A stretch of DNA of 61,668 nucleotides from Chloroflexota bacterium (GTDB taxonomy: Bacteria > Chloroflexota > Limnocylindria > Limnocylindrales > CSP1-4): contig PMYK01000013.1 in the NCBI GenBank assembly GCA_003171255.1, forward strand, positions 1 to 61,668, written 5' to 3'. The notes below the pieces were generated by a model, which searched no databases, had not been told where the DNA came from, and was given only the letters and a program-made list of their open reading frames with translations. Position 1 is the stretch's first letter. Each line of letters opens with the position of its first letter. Made by a program: the position numbers and the translations under genes. Positions 37,474 to 45,641 of this stretch are shown here, one piece after another.

Positions 37474-38193
37474 TTAGAGACCGGCGCGATGGAGTTCCTC
37501 TTGGCTGGCCTGCAACCTCGCCCGAGACGCGGCGGAAATCTCGGCGGCGCGTTGGTCTCGGCCAGCCGGGGAGTCCTGCGTGAAGGTAGGGTCGGCCGGG
37601 AACTTCGGCGCGCTCATGTAGGTCACCTGAGCGACCATCGTGGTCGCCCGCCCGCCGGGCCAGGTTTCAGGGAGCATCCACAGCACTCGCCCGGTCACCT
37701 CGGCATCGGCTGCATGACCGCGGCGTCGCAGTTCGCCAGCGACGAGCCCCGTGATCACTTGGAGGTGGTCTAGCCCGAGTCCCCAGATGCGGCGGGCCTC
37801 GTTCTTCTCTACCACGCCGTGGTAGGTCCCTTGGACCTGATCGAGCATGGCCATGTACGCAGCCCAGGCCCGGTGGACGTCCGCAACCAACCAGATCAGG
37901 TAAGCGGCCACATCGGCCGGCAGGTCGACATCGCGAGCTAGGGCAGAGAGTTGATCGAATGCCGGCGCGGGGAACTTGTACTCGTTTGGGTCGTCGCCTT
38001 TGCGGTCGGGCTTCGCCGTGTGCCAGCGCCGGGCGTTTTCCAGTTGCTCCATCAGCGCCGCTCGCAAAGCACCCCGGACCCGCTCCTTGGCCGTCTCGAT
38101 CCGTTCCTGTCGGATCTCGCGGGCCATCCACCCGGTCGCCAGAGCCAGCGCCAGCGTAGACAACGCGACGACCGCTTCGATGCCCGTGTCCAC
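37474..38193 (-). CDS. hypothetical protein with an N-terminal TM helix
   Basis: IEAVVALSTLALALATGWMA TM segment followed by a helical domain. It is the last gene of a three-gene minus-strand cluster. Confidence 0.5.
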   Translation of the reverse strand: MDTGIEAVVALSTLALALATGWMAREIRQERIETAKERVRGALRAALMEQLENARRWHTAKPDRKGDDPNEYKFPAPAFDQLSALARDVDLPADVAAYLIWLVADVHRAWAAYMAMLDQVQGTYHGVVEKNEARRIWGLGLDHLQVITGLVAGELRRRGHAADAEVTGRVLWMLPETWPGGRATTMVAQVTYMSAPKFPADPTFTQDSPAGRDQRAAEISAASRARLQASQEELHRAGL

Positions 38194-38299
38194 CCTTGCG
38201 TTCCTCCTCGTTCCAGTCGTGGTGACTTCGCTGAGTATGCGACCTCATAGATGGCCTATCCGTCCCACGGTGCCATTTGGCCGCGTGACCGGAGAGGCG

Positions 38300-39718
38300 C
38301 TAGTACCCGTTCAGTTTCAGCGCCCGATAAGAGCTGCTCGCTCGTCGGATAGATTCCTCGACCGCGCCCTCCGGGAAGCCAAGCTCGGTCAGGAGGCACG
38401 CTTCGACGAGCACCGTGAGCCGCTCGTTCATGGGCCAGAGTTCCACCCCGGTTGTGGCGCCTGCCCCGCGAACCTCATCCCAATGCGTGTGGTAGTTCCG
38501 CGTCAAGGCCACCTCATCTCCGAACTGCCTCGGGTTCTCGCTCACGACATCGCCCAGCATCCAGCGGTGGGCTGCAACGAGGCGGTTCAGGCGATCCGCC
38601 AGGGTGAAGTCGTTAGCCGCCTTCTTGAGGGGTAGGCCAGCCCATTTGCGGTCCTTGGCTGAGAGCGTCGCCAGCACTCGTTTGACTCGGTCCTCGTGGG
38701 TTTGCGGGTCGGTTGGGTGGCCGCCGACGCGGATGCGATGGAAAGCCTCGAGCGCCTGTGTGAGGTTCAGGAGCCGATGTTCTTCGTACAGGCGGTGCCG
38801 CCTCCGCGTAGCCAAGTAGAGCTCTAGGACCGGGCGCAACTCCTTCCAGGCGCGAAGCCACGCCCCAAGGATCTGGTCTAGGGGAATGGGCGGGTTGGCT
38901 GCCGTGAACAGGATCTCGTGCGGGAGCAGCACGTGATCTCTGGGCGGCTGCGGAGGCTCGCCACGCCATAGCAACTCGACCCGAAGGTCAGGTTCTGCTG
39001 ACGACGGGCCCTTGAAGGCGACGCTTTCCATGACGCTGGGTTCGCCTGTCACTAGGCACATCAGGCTCGCCAGGGGCGTGATGTAGGACGACAACCAAAC
39101 GTCGGGCGCTATAGGCTCATCGAGGCGGAATACTGCTCGCGCCTTTCGGACAATCCGGCGCTCACGCCACCGGTCGCCTGCTAGGCTGACGTCGAGACCG
39201 ACGGTGAGCGTGCCTCCGGGGAAGGGGATCACCGTCTCGTCATCCCGACTGGCACTCAACTTCATGCCGATCGGGCGGGTATCGCGGAAGATCCACTCCT
39301 CTTCGATGGCGTCGCGGCCAAGAAAGTCGATCAGGAACTCGACCTGAACATCGGCGCCTCGAAACGTCGGCGGTTCCGGCCCGAAGTGCATCCCGACGTA
39401 GGCGCGTTGTGCCTGGAGCTCGATACTGGCGTCCCCTGGCGCCGCGAAGTGAACCTGCCGCAGCGAAACGTGGACACCTTCCAGGCTGACAAGCTTGTTG
39501 TCGCTCGTCCGTCCCAGGACAAGAGGATGGCGGACGAACGATCCCCCGAAGTGCGGAAGGATGTTTTCAGGGGTCGCTGGCTCCAGCAGCCCAGTGCCTG
39601 TGACCACGGGCGATTCATCCCAGGCGCTGTGCAGCGTGCCCGTGACGATTTCTTGCTGGCCGGGTAGCCACCACCGGCCACCCATCTCCCCGATGAACAT
39701 GCTTGCATGATGACTCAA
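38300..39718 (-). CDS. ApeA-like protein with a C-terminal HEPN-type R-x4-H motif
   Basis: The N-terminus GEMGGRWWLPGQQEIVTGTL resembles ApeA N-terminal domains. The C-terminal helical domain contains LTRNYHTHWDE (R-x4-H). Confidence 0.5.
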   Translation of the reverse strand: MSHHASMFIGEMGGRWWLPGQQEIVTGTLHSAWDESPVVTGTGLLEPATPENILPHFGGSFVRHPLVLGRTSDNKLVSLEGVHVSLRQVHFAAPGDASIELQAQRAYVGMHFGPEPPTFRGADVQVEFLIDFLGRDAIEEEWIFRDTRPIGMKLSASRDDETVIPFPGGTLTVGLDVSLAGDRWRERRIVRKARAVFRLDEPIAPDVWLSSYITPLASLMCLVTGEPSVMESVAFKGPSSAEPDLRVELLWRGEPPQPPRDHVLLPHEILFTAANPPIPLDQILGAWLRAWKELRPVLELYLATRRRHRLYEEHRLLNLTQALEAFHRIRVGGHPTDPQTHEDRVKRVLATLSAKDRKWAGLPLKKAANDFTLADRLNRLVAAHRWMLGDVVSENPRQFGDEVALTRNYHTHWDEVRGAGATTGVELWPMNERLTVLVEACLLTELGFPEGAVEESIRRASSSYRALKLNGY

Positions 39719-39757
39719 TGGCTCGGCCCGCGGCGGCCGATGCTAGTCCGTGGCATG

Positions 39758-40798
39758 TCAGCGCAGAGACGCGGCCGGCAGCACCTGCGACGACGGGGTT
39801 AACGAAGGCGCCGGAGAAGCAGGCCCGGGTTGCGAAGTCAGCGCCAACACGATTGCCACCAGCACGGCGACCGTGGACACAATCGCTGTATAGATCATCA
39901 GGTTCTTGGAGGTATTGGCGCTCTTCGTCTGCCTTTGCTGGTGTTGGTTCAGCGTCTCGAGCCGTCCACTGATCAGGATGAGCTGCTCGAGCTCAGCACC
40001 CGTTTGCTCGACGCTCGCGCTCAGGAACCCGGTCATGGCTGAGCGCAGATCCTGGAGGGCGCCGAGAGTCTCGACCTGCGTCTCGTATCGGTAGTCGTGA
40101 AAGCTCGCCGTCATTGCCACCGGCTCGGTCGGTGCCACATCGGGGACCGACATCTCTGCTATCGCCTTGAGCCCAGGCTGTGCCGCCTTGATCGCCTTGT
40201 TGAGGGAGTCGAAGTTCACGAAAGCCGTGCTGGCTTGGGCCTGGCGCATCGCATCGGCGACCATCTGTTGGTTGCGGTTGACGGCCCGCCAGATTGGAGC
40301 GTCCGCATCCAGCAAGCCCAGTCGACCAACCATTGACTCCATTTGCGACTGGAACTGCTCGATCTGCGGTCGCAGCTTCTCCGCTTGGACTCGGCCCCAC
40401 GCTCGGATCTGCTCCCTGATCTCGGCAATCGCCGGAACTTGATCACTCGGGCTGGCGATCCATTCATGCTCATGAGCCATAAACGTGGCGAGTGCCGAGC
40501 CGAGGTCATCATCGGCAAGCGAAGTGACTCGATCGGAGTCGGCTGGATCGGCAAGCTGTGGCACGAGTGTGCGAAGGGCAAAGTCGCGATCGGTGACTTC
40601 TGGGTCGTCGAGCAGCTCCAAGAGAGGCATCCATTGGCCAGCGGTGAACCCGTGGTATTGCGGGCCGTTGGCCAAGAGTGGAAACGTCCGCGGGCGACGA
40701 CGAAACGAACCTCGACGTATTGGACCGGCCGGCTCAGCCTTCGCCGGAGGGTCGTCTTGAGGGATCCCGCCTTGGGTCGTGTCGTCCAGGTCCGGCAT
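39758..40798 (-). CDS. hypothetical protein with a C-terminal TM anchor
   Basis: Acidic and helical body with one C-terminal TM helix (LMIYTAIVSTVAVLVAIVLAL). Lies 39 nt upstream of the ApeA-like gene. Confidence 0.5.
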   Translation of the reverse strand: MPDLDDTTQGGIPQDDPPAKAEPAGPIRRGSFRRRPRTFPLLANGPQYHGFTAGQWMPLLELLDDPEVTDRDFALRTLVPQLADPADSDRVTSLADDDLGSALATFMAHEHEWIASPSDQVPAIAEIREQIRAWGRVQAEKLRPQIEQFQSQMESMVGRLGLLDADAPIWRAVNRNQQMVADAMRQAQASTAFVNFDSLNKAIKAAQPGLKAIAEMSVPDVAPTEPVAMTASFHDYRYETQVETLGALQDLRSAMTGFLSASVEQTGAELEQLILISGRLETLNQHQQRQTKSANTSKNLMIYTAIVSTVAVLVAIVLALTSQPGPASPAPSLTPSSQVLPAASLR

Positions 40799-40952
40799 GT
40801 CTCGCCCCTCGCGGTCTTGTCTCGGCCGAATGTGGTTGCGGCTGAAGTCTACTTGCGATGGGCGGCGGTCCGTCTCGTCGCTTCATCCACCCAAGGGAAC
40901 TCATGCTCGGAACTGCCCTCGATCACAACGCGAGTCTCAAGTGGCTCGCCGC

Positions 40953-41411
40953 CTACTTCCTGCCAGGCCGAGCTGCGAAGGACGTCAGCTGCAGCGGTTG
41001 CCCACGAGAGCGGCAAAGGTAGTAGCTCGGCGCCCGGGCGCTTGCGCGACGGTTTTCGATCGTGCGCATGTGGCGAACAAGGACCTCGAACTGCTCCTTC
41101 AGGGTCCACCTCTTCGCCTTCGGTGTCGCCAGGAACACGGCCGACACTCCTCGGTCGCGCACTCGGACGGCGTACGCCGCGCGTTTGCGGCAGTCGAGAT
41201 CCTTCGTGACCCACACTGCGTTCCTTGCGCCGCAGAACTCGATTACATCCTCGTCCGAGGCGCCCTTCAGGTTCACATCGCTGTTCGAGACCGTGTGGTA
41301 ACCAATCAGGCGCAGCGCCTCGGCGAACGCAGCCGGGATGTTCTCATCAAATAGGAAACCGACGCCCCCCGCAGTTAGGACGTCGTCTACGCTGCCAGCT
41401 GGTGTTCCCAC
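40953..41411 (-). CDS. DUF5615 (PIN/Mut7-C-like) putative toxin
   Basis: FLFDENIPAAFAEALRLIGYH...SDEDVIEFC...VWVTKD pattern. Overlaps the upstream DUF433 gene. An alternative start is GTG 41363. Confidence 0.6.
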   Translation of the reverse strand: MGTPAGSVDDVLTAGGVGFLFDENIPAAFAEALRLIGYHTVSNSDVNLKGASDEDVIEFCGARNAVWVTKDLDCRKRAAYAVRVRDRGVSAVFLATPKAKRWTLKEQFEVLVRHMRTIENRRASARAPSYYLCRSRGQPLQLTSFAARPGRK

Positions 41412-42061
41412 TGCACAGCCAGTTCAATGTCGGACTCGGCGACCTCGAACATGTGCGCCAGGGTCACGTTGTCGTCGCCAGCGTCAACGGCCTCGCAAAC
41501 TGCCCGCGTCGTAAGCCGAGTCCCCTCGATGCAGGTGAGACCAAACTGCACAATGGGCCGCGCCGCGATACGGTCTGCTGGCCGCCAGACGACGGCCCGA
41601 CCGCCGTCGTATCCAAGGCGACCGCGGACGTCAGTTACGAGCTCCGGAAGCTCAACCAGCTTCGGCTCGATCAGCCCGGGCAGCCCCATCTGGCCCCGTC
41701 TGTTGGCAGCCAAGAACTCACCCTCAGTCGCAGGCACCCGAACCATGACGTCTCGCCCGGCGACCCAGAGCGTCTCGTGCACGAACGGATGCTCGTGGCC
41801 GGTTCGCTCGCGGAGATCGCTCTCGGCGGTGAGGATGTCCTTCATTCGCACGTGCTGTTTGGTGAGCTGTCGAACGAAAAGCAAAGACACCAACTCGTCG
41901 AAGCTGACGAGTTCTTCGCGCAACGTACCGATAGGGGCACGACGCGCCAACCAACGGCCCAGCGTGCTGGCCGGGATGGAGCCGTAGCGAGCCGACTCGG
42001 CCAATGAGTACAAGCCCACATCCCATGGGCTCGTTTCCGCTGCCGTCCGACTCATGCTCAC
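41387..42061 (-). CDS. DUF433-containing putative antitoxin with an extended N-terminal HTH region
   Basis: The C-terminus GLTCIEGTRLTTRAVCEAVDAGDDNVTLAHMFEVAESDIELAVQWE is DUF433-like. At 224 aa it is much longer than minimal DUF433 proteins. Confidence 0.55.
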   Translation of the reverse strand: MSMSRTAAETSPWDVGLYSLAESARYGSIPASTLGRWLARRAPIGTLREELVSFDELVSLLFVRQLTKQHVRMKDILTAESDLRERTGHEHPFVHETLWVAGRDVMVRVPATEGEFLAANRRGQMGLPGLIEPKLVELPELVTDVRGRLGYDGGRAVVWRPADRIAARPIVQFGLTCIEGTRLTTRAVCEAVDAGDDNVTLAHMFEVAESDIELAVQWEHQLAA

Positions 42062-42554
42062 GCCGCTCCCCCATGCAACTGCGGTTCGTCGCGTGTCAAG
42101 TGTGCCATGGTGCGTGGCTCTGGCACACGGTACTTGCGTCTCCCGTATCTGGTGGTCCTGCCGCGATCCTGGCCGCTGCCCGGCCTATCGGAATCATGAT
42201 GGACGTCACGCCGCCGCAACTGGGGCGATACGGACACACAGCCACCACGGCCCGCCCGTAACGATAAACCTCCATCTCATGCATTGGCCCATGGTCCCAC
42301 CCGGCGCGGACGATTCGCAAGAACCGGCGGAGCAGCCCACAGCGAGAGCCTGACTTCCGGGCGATCTCACGTTGGTGCTCGGTATACTGCCCGCCATGTG
42401 GGCAGCAACGGCATGGGACGACGCAGACTGGGACGGCAATCATGCCCGAGGATGGACCGTCATGGGGAGGGTCCGGGCGCGCCAGCGACTCCACCGCAAA
42501 GAGGCCGCGGATGCTCGGCGTCGGCGTGCGGATAGCGAGGGAGACTACGGCCTG

Positions 42555-43199
42555 ATGAGTGCTGCCTCGATGCAGCGAGACTATGAAGACTCCATCAAGG
42601 CCCGCTGGCACGGCGGGCCTACGGTTCTAGCTTTCCTGTTCGCTCCCCCAGATTCTGACGCCATTCGCAGACTCGATGCTCGCGGCGACTACTTCGACCT
42701 TCGCACCGGGGACACCTGGGACCTCTTCTTCCCCGGCTACTACCGCTCAGCAGAAGGCCGCGGCTTCGAGTCACAGACGCACGCGCACCCCGTGGGCGGC
42801 AACTTCGCGGATGACTGGTACTTCAACGCTAGTGACTTCAACGAGATGCGCGAGCACGTCGAGAGATGCTCCGAGCGGCGGTGGGAGTACTCGGGCGAGA
42901 CCGACCTAGTGCTGGTCAACGGCTGGTTAGCCGAGGGTGGAGAGCCTACGATCGACTGGACCTCCACGATCTCCGGACAGATCACCGACCAGGCAGCCGG
43001 CGCCAAGACCCTGACTGTGGCAGGCGTCATTGAGCGGATCACTCGCGACCTTGAGAGCGCCACCGAGGATGTCTCGTACGGTGTCGGCGAAGTCACAGAC
43101 GGACCACATTCGCCAGAAGGCCACGCCTCACGTGACTTCGTTGTCAATGCCCTGGCCGGCATCGCGGCAGCTCTTGGGGCTCGGGTCCTAGGCGCCTGA
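42555..43199 (+). CDS. hypothetical protein
   Basis: ATG 42555 with GAGGGAG 11 nt upstream. Good coding bias. No recognised motif. The ORF is open from 42372. Confidence 0.5.
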   Translation: MSAASMQRDYEDSIKARWHGGPTVLAFLFAPPDSDAIRRLDARGDYFDLRTGDTWDLFFPGYYRSAEGRGFESQTHAHPVGGNFADDWYFNASDFNEMREHVERCSERRWEYSGETDLVLVNGWLAEGGEPTIDWTSTISGQITDQAAGAKTLTVAGVIERITRDLESATEDVSYGVGEVTDGPHSPEGHASRDFVVNALAGIAAALGARVLGA

Positions 43200-43270
43200 A
43201 CGCTTTCGGGCATGGCGCGGACGAAGCGAGCCATCTCTACGGTCCGGAGGCTTGGAGCGGCCTGAGAGAA

Positions 43271-43338
43271 CCAGCCGGCCGCTGAGGGGGTAGCGACCGG
43301 CTGGCCAGGCACGACCCGGCGCCGAGAGGGGAGGCGCC
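43271..43338 (+). repeat. dual-hairpin motif, copy 1
   Basis: Hairpin CCAGCCGG-[ccGCTGAGGGGGTAGCga]-CCGGCTGG, followed by GGCGCC-[GAGAGGGGA]-GGCGCC. Confidence 0.6.
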
Positions 43339-43429
43339 GTCCACGCTGTGCTTCAAAGTCCACTTCGGGCTGCGACGGGTTGACGCCTCGGCTGAGTGAG
43401 AAGCAAGCGCGTCAGGGCCGTGGACCGGC

Positions 43430-43690
43430 CTACGGGCTAGGTTCGCCGTGCTCCGCATCCGCGATCAGCTCCGAGAGCGGCAGGCCGAGCGCCTGTGCGA
43501 TACGCAGGGCGTTGACGAGGCCCACGTTCCGGGAGCCTCGCTCGACGTCGGCGACGTACGACCGATACAGCGGCACCTCGTCCGCGAAGGCCTCCTGAGA
43601 CAGACCTCGTTCCTTTCGGCGAGCGCGTACGGCCTCGCCGAACCGTCGAAGGAACTCCTTGTCGTCGCTTGTCAGCATGTCGCAAGCCAA
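43430..43690 (-). CDS. XRE-family HTH transcriptional regulator
   Basis: RKERGLSQEAFADEVPLYRSYVADVERGSRNVGLVNALRIAQALGL is a classic HTH_3 pattern. Confidence 0.8.
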   Translation of the reverse strand: MACDMLTSDDKEFLRRFGEAVRARRKERGLSQEAFADEVPLYRSYVADVERGSRNVGLVNALRIAQALGLPLSELIADAEHGEPSP

Positions 43691-43843
43691 CGTCTCTGTC
43701 GACTATCCGTCCACCTGATCGGAGTGACATTTCAACGTCAACCAGGTACGGTAAGAACGGCAACCACGCCGATCTGAGACATCTAGAAACTGATGCGGAT
43801 CGACTGCCCAAGACACGAAACTGGACAGGAAGGGGATTTCTCG

Positions 43844-44782
43844 ATGCCGATCGCGAGTAGGTGCTGGAAGTGGTCAGAGCCGAAGTTGCGGACAGGGCCA
43901 ATGGCCGTACGGGCGGTGATCGTCACGCTGCTCGCCGTCGGCGGCTTCTTCTACGTGCTCATGGGACCGCTGGTCTTCGACGCCGCCTACTGGCTGCTCG
44001 GGAAGGTCGTCCGCATCCAGGCGGACCGCCGTGTGCGCATCGGGGCATCGCTTGTCCTGGCCGTCGTGTACCTGGCTTCGATGGAGTACATCGGTCTGAA
44101 CGAGAAGCCTTCCACCCAACCCGGCGCGACCTCGACAACGGCGATTGCGGCCGCGGCGAGTCCGACAGTGAGCGTCACTGCAGCAGCGACTCCGACGATC
44201 GTAGTGACTAGTGCCCCGACGGCTACCCCGGTGCCGACGCCGACGCCGGGCGCCACATCCACCATTACGGCTTCACCGAGCGTCGCGCCGTCGCCAAGTC
44301 CAACAGTCAATCCACATGCCCTAACGGTGGCGAATGTCACTCAGTCGCTTCAGGACAATCGGCATCTCATGGTCTCCGCAAGTCTCCAGAATCTGAAGGT
44401 GACCATTGAGCCAGGCGACCAGATCGTAGACGTGGAGGTTCATCCGACCTCGGTCTGGAACGAAGTGTGGTTCCTCAAGACGGCCGGGGCAAATGCGCTC
44501 GTCGCGTCGAAGGCCATCTTGGGCTGGTACCCGACGGTACTGAGGATTCAGGTCACGCTCGACGCGGACTTCACCGATCAGTTCGGGAAATCCACCACTG
44601 AGCCGGGGGTCTGGATCATCTTCACGAAGGAGACGGCTCAAAAGTTTGACTACGCCGGAATGGCGAAGCTGGACTCCGACGCAATCTTCTGCGATGCGGA
44701 CAGATACTGGGTCCACCCTGCCATCTGGAAGAACATCAGCATCAGTGATCGCGGCTGCATGACCAGCCCGACGAAGGGATGA
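43844..44782 (+). CDS. membrane-anchored protein with a Thr/Pro/Ala-rich linker and a C-terminal extracytoplasmic domain
   Basis: ATG 43844 preceded by GGAAGGGGA. Two TM helices are followed by a T/P/A/S linker and then a roughly 170-aa beta-rich domain. Confidence 0.55.
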   Translation: MPIASRCWKWSEPKLRTGPMAVRAVIVTLLAVGGFFYVLMGPLVFDAAYWLLGKVVRIQADRRVRIGASLVLAVVYLASMEYIGLNEKPSTQPGATSTTAIAAAASPTVSVTAAATPTIVVTSAPTATPVPTPTPGATSTITASPSVAPSPSPTVNPHALTVANVTQSLQDNRHLMVSASLQNLKVTIEPGDQIVDVEVHPTSVWNEVWFLKTAGANALVASKAILGWYPTVLRIQVTLDADFTDQFGKSTTEPGVWIIFTKETAQKFDYAGMAKLDSDAIFCDADRYWVHPAIWKNISISDRGCMTSPTKG

Positions 44783-45015
44783 CGGACCCGCGTTCAAGCG
44801 CGGAGAACGAGCCGGGCCGCTGCCTATCAAGCCCTGAGGGCCAAGATCCTCTCGACGATGTAGGCAGTGAAGCACGCACGCGTAGGAAGCCCTGTGCGTG
44901 GTCGGTTCGACCAAGCGGCGAATGGGGGCCACCCCGGATGCGATCGTCGCTCCTCTTCGCCGTTACGGTGCCGAGAGGAATGCCACGGCGCTCGGTGCCT
45001 GGCCGTGCATGGAAG

Positions 45016-45076
45016 CGCCCGCCGGCTGAGGGGGTAGCCGACGGGCGCGAGCGAGGCCGGCGAGGGGGAGCCAGCC
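45016..45076 (+). repeat. dual-hairpin motif, copy 2
   Basis: Hairpin CGCCCGCCG-[GCTGAGGGGGTAGC]-CGACGGGCG, followed by GGCCGGC-[GAGGGGGA]-GCCAGCC. The 14-nt loop is identical to copy 1 and the stems differ. Confidence 0.6.
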
Positions 45077-45262
45077 TGCATTGCCTACATTCTAGACTGG
45101 CTGAACCTGGCCTACGGTGACGATGGTGAGGGCATACAGTCACGAGGGCACGCAGCCGTGACGACGGTGGCGGAGGCACGCAGCCACAACGCCACGCCGC
45201 CGCGAAGGGGTGATTCAGGCGGGAACTCGGGAGCCGATCGTCGTCTGACGCGAGAATCGTAG

Positions 45263-45288
45263 GTTTCGGGGTACTAGTGCCCCGAAAC
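45263..45288. other. near-perfect 26-bp palindrome / hairpin
   Basis: GTTTCGGGGTAC-TA-GTGCCCCGAAAC, with 11 Watson-Crick pairs plus one G-U. Confidence 0.7.
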
Positions 45289-45641
45289 GCCTGATTCCGG
45301 CCCAAACGCGCCCGCCGCTGTGGCATTGACGCGCGGTTTCGTGTGGATCGGCGTCGAGATTGACGCCTCCCACGCTCAGCAGGCGACAGAAGTTGTCGTG
45401 AGACAGGCATTGCCACGGCCCCCACGAGCATCCCAGCCGTCGAAAAGGCAGCGGCCGGCGGTTCGCACAAGGTCCAGTACAGCCGCCACGGCCTCGCTGA
45501 CCTCATGCGCCGACATTCCTGCGGCCACCAGGCCGACCTCAGAGGTCAGGTCCGCCACTTCCTGACTTACCCCCGAGTGGCAAATGGACTCAATAAACGC
45601 CAACTATTGGCCGTCGATTAGTGGTCCACTACAATATACAC

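Noticed and set aside
44742-45506. 254-aa minus-strand ORF, together with the 44779-45120 plus-strand ORF, in the gap before the second integrase.
   Set aside because: Extreme Arg/Pro/Ser composition, no coding bias and no motifs. The region is better explained as non-coding and contains hairpins and a palindrome.
45590-45601. 9-nt match (ACGCCAACT) to the outer edge of attR, considered as a possible internal att site.
   Set aside because: A 9-mer is expected by chance about once in a window of this size on two strands. There is no extended similarity to the 48-bp core.
45376-45603. 75-aa minus-strand ORF divergent from the second integrase.
   Set aside because: The central part looks helical with fair GC3, but there is no RBS, the ends are odd and no motif is present. 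That is not enough to call it a gene, and it may be a remnant.
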